64,000 bases of DNA from Lama glama (Eukaryota), in the NCBI GenBank assembly GCA_028534125.1, contig CM052817.1, forward strand, positions 35,528,001-35,592,000, in the 5' to 3' direction. The position numbers and the translations under genes are program-made. The notes below the pieces were generated by a model. The model did not search any database. It was not told where the DNA came from and saw nothing but the letters and a program-made list of their open reading frames with translations. Shown one piece after another: positions 39,509-53,150 of the stretch (its first letter is position 1; each line of letters begins with the position of its first letter).

Positions 39509-42500
39509 GAACTTGACTTCCTTTAATCCTCATATCAACACACCAAGGAAGGTAGTGTGATCCCAGTTTAATCAGTGAGGACACTTTGTCCCTCATCTGT
39601 AGTTCAGACCAGCAAAGGACAAAGCTTGGATGTGAGCTGAAGTGTGTCTGGCACCAAAGCCCACACTCCTGACCAGAGTAGACTAGGAAAGAGAATGAAA
39701 GTGAAGAACTTGGGAAGTGGGCTAGAGACCAACACTGAGGAGTCTTGGAATTTGATTCCTCAGTCTTGTCTTTTCTAAGAAGTCCCTGCAGGTGATTCAT
39801 GCCTTTGTCTGTTAGTTGCTAGCACTGTAGAAAGACTGAAGTTACATGTACGATTAGAGCTTCAGATCCTAGTACCAGCTCTCTGATGTTTCTGGCCACT
39901 TAATGAAATCACCTTGCAAGGAGTTTGTCCAAACCAGCTATCTGTGGGAGCAATCAAGTTCCAACCCCGATTTGACTGGGAAGATTTGGCTGCCCTGATC
40001 ATACCTCTCTGGGAAAAATGAAACTGAAAGATTAAGGGAGCAATTTGAAGAATAAATTTGGCACCCAATTTAAGACTGGAAAATAATTTTCCTTCTTATT
40101 CAGGCACGGAAACTGCTTTAAGGACGGTAAAAGCCGGCAGGAGTGTCCAGCTGAAAGCCCTTTTCCCTCTTCGCCTCTGCCAGGGCTCAGGCCTGTGAAA
40201 CAGATGAACTATTTGCTACCTTCCTGAGTTTGTACTCAGTTGTTTATGAGAACAGACCTAGAAATACGTACATCATCAAAGTAAAAAATTAAGCCAAATA
40301 GTAAGATTTCAGAGTGGGAGAAACAGTAGACTTTACAAGAATTAAACTAAAATTCCAGCCACATCTAGTAAGTCTTTGAAACATAAGGATTATATTTTGC
40401 AATATTAAATATATCATTTTTGGAAAACCCACTCCCTTAGAATCTTTTGGGGTTAACACTATTTTCAGATTTCTTTTTCACAGCCATTGCATGTAGTATA
40501 AAGGAGATAAAGGAAAAACTGTGCTAAAATGTATTTCCTCTAAATTGGTGCAGTCTCTGTGGAATATTGCTGAAGGATATATTATCAACATTTTTCAAAA
40601 TTACAATACAAAATTATAAACCCTCTGACTCAGAAATTTTACATCCAGGAATTTACATTATAGACATACTTGTACTGATACATGTACATGGTTATTCTGC
40701 ACCATAGTTTATATAAAGGCAAAAGAATGGAAACAAGCCAAACGTCAACAGAGGACTAACTGAATAAATCACAGTGCCTGTATATAGTGGAACAGTATGT
40801 AGCCATTGGAATGAATAAAGAAGCTAATATTTAATGTACTGATGTTTAATGATCTCTAGGATATATAGTTAAATGACAAAAGCCAGGTGTAGAACAGTGT
40901 GGGAAGTACAGACAAAAGGCAACTTGTATGGGCGGAGGGGTGGGGGAGATGTATATGATTTTGCTTTATATGCAGAAACTATCTCTAGAAGGACACAGAG
41001 AAACTTGTAATGTTGATTACTTCAAAGAGCTGAGTCGCTGGTAAGAAAGACCTTTCACTGTATGCTCTCTGTATCTTTTGAGTTCGGGACTATGTTAACA
41101 ATTTAAAAGGATATATATTTATTTATTTATTGAAGTATAGTTGATTTACAATGTTGTGTTGGTTTCTGGTGTACAAGAAGGTGATTGGAGATGACTGTGT
41201 CTGTCCTTGCCTGACACCTTGATTGGTGCCTTGTGATGGATGGTGAAGCAGAGGGCTCAGTGGAGTTCTGACCCACAGACACTGTGAGATGATAGATGTA
41301 TGCTGTTTTAAGTCACCGAATTTTAGGGTAATTTACTAGCAATAATTAGCTATAGATAACCAATAAAAAAGATACATTTAAATAATAAATTAGTCATTGA
41401 AGTTAAAAAATTTAAAAGAAAAACAGGATAACCTAAGGAATACAGATACAAAGATCAAATACAAATAGTAACAAATTAGAGAATTAAAAAGTGGTAGAAC
41501 TAGTAAATCCAAGAACTGATCCTTTGAAAAGCAATAAAATACTAATTAACCTAAAAAATAAAAAAGAAAGCATAACACACAAAATAAGAAATGAGAAAGG
41601 AGAAATAAAGACAGATTTTTTTAAAATTAAGTGCTTGGTTCAACTACACGCATTTAAAAATCTTTAAAAGAAAATATTTCACATTTGATTCCCTTCTTTT
41701 TCCTATGAGGAAATGAGCTAATGTAAATTTGTGATTTAAATTTGGGCTCTTGTCTTTACTCTAACCATTCCCTGTAATTCAGGATAAAACTGGGAAAGTC
41801 TTACAGAGCAGTATTTTTCAACCTGCATGTCACAACATATTGTATGGGTCATGAAATCTGTGTAGTGGATTTGACTAGAATTTTTAAATGACATATAATA
41901 GAATATGAAAATATGAGGGCATTGTGCATAGTGGGGGTGCGTATTTCTTTCATAAAACTTGTACTTCAGTTGTGTGTGTGTGTGTGCACATTAGCTGCTG
42001 TGTAAAATTTATTTCTCTTTGTTCACATCAAGAGTTTGAAAGCGACTAGTGCACAGGATTCAAGGGATATGGAAAGTAATTCTGTACACACAGAAGGCTC
42101 CTGAGAGCATCTGTAATTGTGAACCCTAACACTGAAACAGAAAGGTACAACTTTTCTCCATTAAAATGTATGTCACAACCTACAGGCTTCAAACTCTGAC
42201 TCATTTTTTCCAGGGGTTAACTTCCCTCTCACTACCTGCTGCATAGTATCATTGATGATTTCCATCTGTTCTAATGATCCTGTATCCCATGGCAACTCTT
42301 CAAATTCTTCAGTTTTATCCATTTTAAGATGATGCTTGCCTGTTTTTCATATTGAGAATTTATTCATTTCTTGCTACATGGTGGATTCCTGATCTTTGAC
42401 TATGTTATTTTTCCTTTAGTTTTAAGCTATAATTTTTTTTCCATATTGAATCTGCTTAACATATAGAAAGACAAAAAAAGAGTTGAAGATCAAGCCTTTT

Positions 42501-43989
42501 CACCAGTCCTCTGGGTTGCCCTTGCCTCCTACTTTAATTCCTTCTTTCTGCTCTTCTCTACTCTCTTCCAAAATACTGCATTGAGGAGGTATTTACACTC
42601 CTCTCTATCTCAGCCTTCACTCTGGGGGAAGCCAGCTGCTGGTCTAAGTAGCCCTATGGAGAAGCCTGCATGGCCAGGAATGGGTGACTCTAACAGTCAA
42701 CAAAGACCAGAGGCCTGACAACAGCCACATGAGTGAGCTTGGAAGTGGATCCTCACCTGGTTGAGCCTTGAGATGACAATGCTCCTGGCTGACAACGTAA
42801 TTGCTTCCTTGTAAGAGATCCTGAGCCAAAAGACCCAGCAACACCATATCCAAGTTCCTGTCCCAGAGAAACTGAGAAGATGCTTGTTGTTTTAGGTTGC
42901 TGTGAATTAGGGTAATTTGTTACACAGCAAAGATAACTAACACAGGGGCAAGTTATCCATTATTTGAGCTTTGGTTGAAGGCATGGCTTAGCCTCCATCA
43001 TGGGTGTTGAAAGGAGCCAGATATGATCTGTCCTCAATTCCTCATGAGTGTGGGCACATGTGGTCATATGTGGGCACAGCCTATCCAGAAACGGCCTGGG
43101 GTCTAGTGACTTAAAGATGTAGGGATAGTTGAGAAATGATTCTTCACAGTGGCTGCCCTGAGTGTCCTACAGCAGAGGTACCAATGACAGCTTCTTGGCT
43201 AGACTGTTTCTGCAAGGAAAATTGAGGACCAGAGACTAAGATTTCCATCTATAAAAGGGAGATAATAACAAGTCCTATAATTCAGGGTTGTTGTGAGAAT
43301 TACTTGGATTCAAATACTGAAAGTAATTAGGCTAGCACCTGGCATACAGTAAGTGCTTTTTTTAGTGTTGACTTTTATTGTAGAAAGGTTATCTAAAATG
43401 GGGAGATGTTGATATTGAAGACAGATTCAATAGATGAGTTCTGAGTAGCAACACGGAGTCCTCCTTCACCACCACCAAGTCACTCAGTCTCCCACAAATA
43501 GGCGAGACTTCAGATGCCCAGTGTAGTTAGCGTCTTCAGGGTTGAGCTGCTGACACAACCTCATGCTGAGAAGTGGGTTCAGGGCATCCCCAGGTTTTCC
43601 CTGTGGGCTATCCCAAGTAGTGAACACTTCCTGAGGGCTGACTGTGTAACTGGCACTAGTCTACCAGCTTTTATGCATTAGCTCATTCCAGGAAACTTAG
43701 GGGGCACGGAGAGATCAAGTAACTTACCCAAGGTCACACAACTAGTGAGTAGCAGAGCTTTGGTTCTGGGCACTCTGGCTCCAGGTTGTTCTCCTCAACA
43801 CTGTTTCCCTGCCTTTCAGGTGAAGAGGTTCAGTCCTACCAACCTCAGTGGGGGCTCAACTCAAGAACCCAGTAACTACCTCACATGCTGGTCACTGTCA
43901 TATGCTGATTAACCCCTAGTCACATCAATGTCCTAAAGTCCAGAACCTGTGACTGTTACCTCATATGGCAAAAGGGACTTTGCCACTCT

Positions 43990-44260
43990 GCCTTCTGAGT
44001 GAGACAGACAGCACTCCGTCTATGGAGTGTGTATCTACTGAGCACCCAACTCCCCACCTCGTGACCTTTCTCTTGCCTTCTGAAACCTCCTGCATTCTGT
44101 CTATGCAGGATGTATCTCTCTGGATAAATCTACAGTTACTCAACTGTGGCTCACTCTTGAATTCTTTCCTGCACAAAGCCAAGGACCCACACTTGGCGGG
44201 TACATCCCAGGGACTCAACTGAGACCTGGGACATGACCATCCTCTTGCCCCACATTCATT
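43990..44260 (+). mobile_element. ERV LTR 3' fragment
   Basis: LTR-like ataaatctac..ctcttgaattctttcctgcacaaagccaaggacc, resembling the 3' end of the 45714 LTR. Confidence 0.5.
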
Positions 44261-45713
44261 TTCCTGTATCATCTTCAACAATAGCACCTACCATACAGTA
44301 ATGTTTACATGTTATCTCCAACCGCTCCATGGGAATAGGACTGCCCGCTTTATACATCTTGGAGTTGTTAGCACCTTACAAAAATCTCCAGCATGCAGTA
44401 AGTCTTCATAACTATTTTCTGAATTAAGGAGTGTGAGTGGATGTGCTACAAAGTAACCACAGGAGTGAAGAGAAAGTCATTCATGAGGACTAGGGGTGCC
44501 TTTTGGAGAATGTTGAAACGTCAGACACACTTCATAGAAGGACCAAGGCTTCACAGAGCTTCTACATGCTGGCAAACTGGAGCCAGGGTTTTGGAGACGA
44601 AGGTGAGCTTTGAAGGCGGGGAGGAGACTGAAGGAAGAAAGCTTACCCGGGTGAGGCAGAGCTTCAGGCAGGAAAGTTTTAAGAAAGCAAAGGCTTTTAA
44701 AGCCACCTTGGTGAGGTCCAGGGGCCTTAATAATTAAGGTGTCAGAAAACTATTGAAAGGTTTCCTGGATGTATTGGACAGGTCATTACAGAAGGTAGAA
44801 CATCACTGTCTAGAGACGTCTTAAAAGAGCCACTTCTAAACATACCACCTCTGCCTTCGTAAATACCTATCCTTGAAGGAAGGAAAGAACTGGAATGGGT
44901 CTTCCTTTATTTGACCTAGGCTGCTTTAAAATGGCTGAGACTGCCCTGAGGAGGAAGACGGATACACAGTGCCAGGGGAGGAGGGCTGGCCAGGGCTACA
45001 CGGTAGTGGGCACCCCAGGAAACCGACATACTGGAGGCGTCCCTCAATCTCTAATGAACTCCATGATTCTGTGCTCTGATAGGCCCTCTTATATCATGAA
45101 GCAAAAAAAGCATCTTCATTGTGTGTCTAAAGCTAGTTTACTCCCTGGGGCTGGTTCTTTGATTGCTGTGCTTCTGAATATTTGCATAAGAATGAGACAC
45201 AATGGCTCAATGATTACGCAAACCCCAGGTGGGCTGATTTCTGGATGGACTTGGAGGAGAATTGACCTTTAACTCTTCTGGGAATCTCTGGAACAAGCTA
45301 AAGGACTACAGAACTTATTCCGAAGATGGGCTGGGTCGAGATTGACACAGGTTTTTCTTTTAATTGTTTTTAGGCCAAGGAGATAAGGGAGGATGAAATT
45401 TCTCTTTGGCTCCAGCATCCCCTCTCCCCTTCACTGTAACCCTGCACATGGCCACTTTACTCCACACCCGCTACGTGCTCCCACTCAAAGGTCAGCCCCC
45501 TTCCTCCAGTTGCCACCAAACATAGATTTTTCCAAATGTAGACTTTTCCAAGGGGCCAGAGTTTTTTGCTTGCTCCTGGTCTATGTTTATATCCTGATCC
45601 CAGCTCTCTTCCCTGTATCTATATCGTAAAGTCTTCACCAACCCCATGAGTGTCACCTCACATGACATTTCTTCAAGCACGTTGTGTTGTCACCAAGGTC
45701 ACTGCAGTGGGTG

Positions 45714-46360
45714 TGTTAGAGCAGGCAGATAGTTAGATATGAGCAGAGAAAGGAGGACATAGGTCAAATGGCAGGAATTGGGCAGAAAGGAGGGGCACAA
45801 GCCAAATGCAGGGAACCACACATCACATAAGCACCAGGGGTCCCTGGGCAGAGAAAGAAAAGCAGGAACCTTGGGGCTGATAAGGGATCACACCTTTTGG
45901 GTGGCCTGGAAACAAAGAAAGGTGAGAAAAGGCAGGAATTTCCAGTGTCCGAATGTAACCTTTTGCTCATTATACCCTCATTTCAATAAAATTAACCTTG
46001 CAGATCAGAAGTACCCAGCATACACCGACGCCACGACACTTCCAATCCAGACTAAGTAAGGAAAAAAATCCCTCTTTCCTTTGGGAAGGTGGAGTTGGGA
46101 TGATAATCAGGGAATATGACCCCAAACCCTTTCTTCCTCAATGAATATTCCGCCCATTCATTTTTACACCCTATGTAGCTAACTTGCCAAAGAAACACAG
46201 GGCAGCCGCTCACCTGAGCCTGCCCACTCTCCCCTTGAGAGTGTACTGTCCATCTTTTAATAAATCCTTACCTTACTTTTTTTAACCTCTAAGTCTTGTC
46301 TCTGAATTCTTTCTGGGACGGGACAAGAACCTGGAACACCGTTTGCATCCACCAGCAACA
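45714..46360 (+). mobile_element. ERV solo LTR (ERV1-type)
   Basis: TGTT...AACA termini, 4-bp TSD GGTG (45710-45713 and 46361-46364), and an AATAAA near 46259. Confidence 0.85.
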
Positions 46361-46563
46361 GGTGCTATGAGTGAGGTTGTGAATTTTTAGTCTAAAAATG
46401 AACCCCTTCCATGATGGAGAAATAAAGAATGCTTAAAGGTAGTTGCAAGGGGAATTGGGGACCGTACACATCTCTCCTGAATTGGGCCTCATGTAAAAAT
46501 GATTGCCCATCACTAATCCATGCTGGCTGCACTGCCTTCTCAAGGTCTCTGTGTACTCAAGAC

Positions 46564-47311
46564 TGTGACACTGAAGGAGGATTAATAAAATGGCCAGACT
46601 TAGGCTAACAGATTGCTTATTCTTTAATTTTTGCTTTAGTTTTTTTTGAGGGGGGGAGGTAATTAGGTTTATTTACTTATTTCAGCTGAGGTACTTGGGA
46701 CTGAACCCAGGACCTCCTGCATGCTAAGCACACACTCTACCACTCAGCTGTAGCTTCCCCCAGATTGCTTATTCTTATGCTTGCCCTTAGAACGGTCAAC
46801 AAACCTGACCAACAGGTTGCTACCCACAGCTCAGGCCCACTGTTAAAACTAAAGCTATTGATCTTACTGTTTCTACTTTATTCCAGTAATTGAGAGTAAT
46901 AATCATGCTTGGTCTTTGAGTCATTCTCCAAGGAGAAGGTCACAGGACTGTAACCTTACAAAATAACCTGAATTACCAAGAAGACCACACCTTGGGTGTT
47001 CTTGTAAGATAAAGAGATGCAAACAGTGACAACCACTAGCCTTTACAGAACTGGTCGCCTGGAGGCATCATGATGCCGCTCTAAGTCTTCTGATGAGAAA
47101 ACGATTCTGTTGATTGTTATTGAAGACTTAGTGTTTGAGCTATGGTTATATGACCACCCTAACCCCCTCCCCAAGGTGGGTTCACAGTTTTGAAGGCACC
47201 AGCCTGCTGTGAGTCCCCTTTGCCCAGCAAAGCAAAAAAATTGCCTTTTTCCTTCTAAGCTCCAAGACCTTGTCTCTGGGTTATTCGACTCATCAAGGAC
47301 AGGGGCCAACA
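46564..47311 (+). mobile_element. ERV solo LTR (ERV1-type, different family)
   Basis: TGT...ACA termini with 4-bp TSD AGAC (46560-46563 and 47312-47315). LTR-like U3/U5 composition. Confidence 0.7.
46625..46760 (-). mobile_element. tRNA-derived SINE (Vic-1-like) nested in a solo LTR
   Basis: Perfect 16-bp TSD cagattgcttattctt at 46609-46624 and 46761-46776. Confidence 0.9.
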
Positions 47312-47929
47312 AGACCTTTGAGGCTTGAAGCTCTGTCACATTTCTTCCTGGAGTGGCCACACAGCTGACATTCAGTAAACATGTTTGTCTATTTAGGAGA
47401 GAAGCTGCCTGTGTTCTGTGGGCAGACATCATCGCATTCCTGCCTTTTTGCATGAATCTTGGACTCAGGCCTCATCCCTGCAAAACCAAACCAGTGTCCC
47501 CATAATATTCCCATTTTCTCTCACTTGCCCTTGACCGCGGCCTTGGCTACTGTTTTTTCTCTTTCTCCGAAAAGAGAGTGACTTGGTCCACTTCTCCTAC
47601 TCCCCAACATTGTAAAATCCCCAGCACTGTAAAAGCAGTTTCCTTTACTCACAGAAACTGTCCCGGCTGCACTCAGCAGGGGCCTTTTCGTTGAGAAACC
47701 AGCTGGGCCCCGTTTCGTCCCTTCGCGTGCGTGGTGGCTGGTTCTGTCGCCTTGTCATGCTTCCATCTTGGCCTCCCCAACAACACACTGTGCCTCCAGG
47801 TCCCCAAGGACCCTGAGGCCACTTCTCCCCTTCCCCATATCAGAGCCTCCTTTTAGCCCCCAAACACGAGTGCTGCTGAGGTTCTAACACTGCTCTCCCC
47901 CCACCTCCCTCCCGTCTAGAACCTGCTCC

Positions 47930-48410
47930 TAAACGGGCTCCACCTGCACCGGCAGCACTGGCCTCACTGAGAGCCTGTTAGAAACGCGGACCCTTAGATC
48001 CCACCCTGCCCTTCCTGCATCAGAATCTGCATTTTTATTAAGATCCCCAAGTGACTCATCTGCACGTTAAAGTTGAAGAGGTGCTGGTCTACAGCAGCAC
48101 CATCCAACAGGGATACAGTGTGGCCCACACGTGTAATTTGAAATTTCTAGTAGCCACGTTAAAAACATGACAAGAAACAAGTGAAATTCATTGTCATCAT
48201 ATTGTTCCTTTAACGCAATGTAAATCCAGACTCTTATAATTTCAGCGTGTAACGCATATGAAAATTCCTGGAATAGTTTACGCTCCTTTTTTCGTAGTGA
48301 GTTTTTGAAATTCAGTGTATATCTTACCCTTCCAGCACACTTCACCACAGCCTCATTTCAAGTGTTCAGCAGCCACGCAGCTAGCGCTACAGTATTAGAC
48401 AACATAGCTC
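47930..48410. mobile_element. Adjacent MER5A and MER3/MER33-like hAT MITEs
   Basis: atcagaatctgcattttt and aaatttctagtagccacgttaaaaa..tttcaagtgttcagcagccac signatures. Confidence 0.6.
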
Positions 48411-49369
48411 TGGAGTCTGGCACAGAGATTAAGGTTCAAATGAACAAAATCTGTGTTTGAACCTCACTTCAGCACAGATCAGCTTTGTGATCTTGAGCAA
48501 ATTACTCTTCTCTGGATTCCTTTCCACATGATGTGAACAGAGTAAGAGTAACCAATTCACAGGGTTGATGCAGATTAGAGACAGTGTCTGTAAAAGTATA
48601 CAGTTAGCCCTTTATAAATGGTGACTATTAATACTCTCCTGTATTTTCCGGGCTTTATCTAATTATATGCAAAATTTGCCTTCTTAATAAGCAACCCATT
48701 AACTACCATTATTATTATTTGTAGAAAATTTTCTTACAACTTAATAGTTATTAAAAGACTGTTTTAGTGCTTCTCCACATGGTTTTTAGCAATTGATTCA
48801 GATATAAACAGTTTAAATCCTGCTTCCACAGTTAGATGATGGCATACACTCTGGAGCCAGGTTGCCTGGCTTCACGTCCAAGCTCTGTCACTTACCAGCG
48901 GTGCCTCAGTGTCCTCATTCAAAATAGGGCTAAGAACAGCCTCTATGGAGTTGTAAAGATTAAAGGAATGACTACATAGAAATTCCTCACACCAGTACCC
49001 GACCCATACTAGGCATTACTCAGGTAATAATAATGAACAAATCAATGATAACAAGTATCAAAAGTTTGGGGATATTGGAAATGCCTGTGTTAAAAGTGTT
49101 AAACAGAACACAGACTGGTTCTTACAGTATGATCACAACTATATTAAAATCAAACTTGTAGAATTATGGCTAGGAGTAAGATGCCAAATGTTAATTTTGA
49201 TTTTGTTTGGGAGAGAATTTTGAGTGATTTTCTTTTCCTTTTTGCTTTCCTAACTATGTATTAATTTTGTAATGAGGGAAACCAAATTAACTTTATTTTT
49301 AAAATTGCTCACTGGTTGAGAGCATGGGGTGTGGAATAATGCTCCCTGGTCCCCCTGAGAGCACTGTGG

Positions 49370-49790
49370 TAAGTGAAATAAGTCAGACAGAGAAGGACAA
49401 ATACTGGATGGTCTCACTTACCTGTGGAATCTGAAAAAAAGCCAAACTCCTAGAAATAGAGACTAGAATGGGGATTTCCAGAGGCTGTGTGGGTAGAGGA
49501 AATGGGGAGTTGTTGGTCAAAGGATACAAACTTCCATTTACAAGATGAGCAAGTTCTGGGGCTCTATTATATAACACGGTGACTATAATGAACAGTGTAT
49601 TATATACTTGAAGGTTGCTAAAAGAGTAGGTTTTAAATGTTCTCATCAAACACACACAATCTGTAGTTATGTGAGGTGATGGATGTGTTAGCTCACTTTA
49701 TTGTGGTAATCATTGCACATTATATATGTGTATCAAATCATCATATTGCACACTTAAACTTGCACAATGTTGTATCTCAGTAAAGCTGGA
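49370..49790 (+). mobile_element. L1 3' end (older subfamily)
   Basis: taagtgaaataagtcagacagagaaggacaaatact..tacaagatgagcaagttctgg. Confidence 0.8.
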
Positions 49791-50479
49791 AAATGAAATA
49801 AGAAATGAGGAAGAAAAGATTCACTTCACAGATTACAGAGAAGCAAATTTTAATTTTATTTTAATTAAATCAAATATTAAAACAAAACCCCAAATTCCCT
49901 GGGCTCTATTCTGGCTATGCTGTTCACTAGCTGATGGCCTTGGAGAAGTTGATTAACTCCTCTGTGCCTTGATTTCCTCATCTACGAAATGAAAATAATA
50001 ATTTTACTTAACTCACAAGAGTTGTCATGAGAATTAAATTATATAATACTTGTAAAGTCTTAGGAAAATGCCTGGCACATAGAATGCTAGTGATAATGAA
50101 GACGAAATAGGGGAAGGAGGAGGAGGGGGACGAGAAGAAGGCCTGTGTTAGTTATGTGTGCCTCCCCTTGGTTTGAATCCTGATTAGCTGTTGGAGTTAG
50201 GGCGTGTTTCTCAAGTTCTCTGAGTCTTAGCTTCCTTGTCTGTAAATGAAATAACACAGACAATATGCATGGGTCAGAAAGATTGATACTGGGAATAAAT
50301 AAGATCATTCATGTATAGTGCCTGGACCACAGTAAGCGCAATAATATTAAGTATTTCTTAAAAATTAAAACAAATTGGAATAACAATGTCTATTTCATAG
50401 TTGCTGTGAAGATAAAATGCACTTGGAAAACTTAAGTACCATAAAAATGAGGCACTGGTTAAAAAATGTCAACTCATTT

Positions 50480-50495
50480 CCACTAGATGGCAGCA
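50480..50495 (+). promoter_or_regulatory. Candidate CTCF binding site
   Basis: CCACTAGATGGCAGCA matches the CTCF core consensus CCAC(C/T)AG(A/G)(G/T)GGC(A/G)G. Confidence 0.55.
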
Positions 50496-51343
50496 GACGT
50501 CACCAAGTACAGTTGAGCCTAATTAAACACAGAGCTGAGGAAGAACACTAATACAAGACAGTTTTCCTGCAATTTCTTACTTCTGTGATTATACGGGAAT
50601 GTGGTTGGAGGGTATATATTATTTCAAAGGCGTGATCTACCTTCTTAAGCTTAGGAATATTTTTGTTTGATGTAGATTGTGAAAAAGGATTGTTTTTATT
50701 AGAGAGTCTGTTCTAGAGCCACATTCATCTTCTCCCTCAGTTCCGTCTTCAACTCTGGACATCCCCACATACACCTATGCTCTGGCCTAGCCCCTTGTTA
50801 CTCAAGTGTGTAGTCCACGGACCACCAGCAGCAGCCTCACCTGGGAACTTGTAGAAATGCAGAATCTTGGCCTTGCCCTAGACTTACTGAATTTCAGTGA
50901 TTCACAAGTATATCAAAGTCTGAGAAACACAGCTTTAGCCACAATGAACCTCTTAGAATTCTCTGAAGGAGTCATGAAAACTTTGCACCTGCTGTTCTTC
51001 CCAAACCAGAAACAACCCCTTCCCCATCTAACAGGCAAACTGGTCTTTTATTTACTCTTCCTATTTAACTTATTAGGGAGGCAAACAGCAGGTTGCTAAA
51101 CTCAGTTCAAGGAGGATAGAGGAAACTTGTAAAAAGTCTATAGAAAAAAGAATTTCAGATTAAGCTTAAAATTAAATACAATGCTCTTTTAAATCCACAG
51201 ATCAATAAAACAATAACCTTTGGAATAATATTTTCTACCTGACAAAGACATTTGCAACTTATCACCTACAAGTTAAGATCCAACTATACAGAATCTAAGC
51301 CCTATCAGTAATAAATAATAAGCCAAATAAGATAACATCCTCT

Positions 51344-51555
51344 AGCAAACAACTATATATAAATTAAACAAGTCCTACTGTACAGCACAGGAACTATATT
51401 CAACATCCTATAATAAACTATAATGGAAAATAATATTAAAAATTATATATATATATAAATTATATATATATATGTAAAACTGAATCACTTTGCTGTATAC
51501 CAGAAACTAACGCAGCACTGTAAATCAACTATACTTCAATTAGAAAAGAGAAACA
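51344..51555 (+). mobile_element. Short L1 3' end
   Basis: TSD aagat(a/g)acatcctct at 51329-51343 and 51556-51570. Confidence 0.75.
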
Positions 51556-52399
51556 AAGATGACATCCTCTCAAATCTGATGAGCCCCTTGCAGGCTTCTT
51601 AGACAATCCTCTAGTTTGGCTTTGCAGAAGCACATAGTGATATTTTGCTTTATTTCCAAGTTTTGGAGATTTTATTTAAAAGTTTAAATTTGATGACAAG
51701 AGGCAATAGAAATACACGTGGCAACTTAGAAACTTGATAGAGTAGGATTTCCATTATGTTAGTGTCAGTGGAGGAAGTGAGTATCTACACCACAGAGCTG
51801 GATGGAAAGGAAAACAAGATTGAATTAGGCTTGGGTTTTATATCTTCCGGACCTTTTTAGCCCCACTACACTGACTATAAAATGGAGATAACATTTATTT
51901 CATTTGGCAATTAATCTCCAATATTTTGGTCCTGGAGTCCAAGACCAAATTTTCATACTCTTAAAAATTATTGAAGATCCTAAAGATTGTCTTCTGTCAT
52001 GTCTATCAATGTTTAATAATATTTGAAATTAAAACTAAGAAATTTAGAAAATATTACCTCATTTAAAGTAATAATAATAAAACTCATTACTTTTTAACAT
52101 TATGGTAACAAGTAACGAATTTTATTATTATCATTATTAGTATTATTTATAACAAAATTTTTGTGAAAAATACTATATTTTCCAAAACCCCACAAAAGTT
52201 TGGTTTTGATTCAGAGGCCCCAGTTAAAGTTTTCCACGGTGTCTTTGGTGCTTCTGTAACTTTCATTTAGGTTAGATTTAATAACATGCTGGTCCAAAAT
52301 GGGCCTAGGGGTGACAGTATATATTTTTGGTTTTTGTATGGCCTGATTAACTATACCAATTAAATTTTTAAAAATTCTCTATCCATAGGTTCTTTTTTA

Positions 52400-53150
52400 T
52401 TTAAAAAATTATTTATTTGCTCATTTATTTATGTATTAATCTACAATATTATGTTAGTTTCAGGTGTACAACATAGTGATTCCATATTTGTATAGATTAT
52501 ACTGCATTTAAAGTTATTATAAAACATTAGCTATATTCCCTTTGCTGTACAATATATCCTTGTATCTTATTTATTTTATATGTAGTAGTTTGTACCTCTT
52601 AATCCTCTTATCTTGCCCTCTCCCCATTCCTCCTCCACTGTAACCGCTAATTTGTTCTCCATATCTGAGTCTGTTTCTGTTTTGTTTTATTTATTCATTA
52701 GTTTTATTTTTTAGATTTTTTGGTTTTTAAAAAATTTTTTATTGAAGTGTAGTTGATTGGATTTTTAGTTTTTTGATGAACCCCCATACTATTTTCTGTA
52801 TGGCTGCACTAGTTTACATTTCCACTAGTAGTGTACAAATGTTCCCTTTTCTCCACATGATCGCCAACATTTGTTATTTGTGGACTTTTTGAAGATAGCC
52901 ATTCTAACAAGTGTGAGGTGATATCTCATTGTGGTTTTGATTTGCATTTCCCTGATGATTAGCGATGCTGAGTAGCTTTGTTGGCCAACAGAATCTAAGC
53001 CTGATCAGTAAGAAATAATAAGCCTGTTGGCCACGTGTGTCTTTAGAAAAATGTCTCTTCAGGTCTTCTGCCCATTTTTGAATTGGAATGCTTATTTTTT
53101 TGATATTGAGTTGTATGAGCTGTTTATATTTTTGGTACTAACCTCTTACC
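52400..53150 (-). mobile_element. L1 3' fragments
   Basis: gatagccattctaacaagtgtgaggtgatatctcattgtggttttgatttgcatttccctg. Confidence 0.8.
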
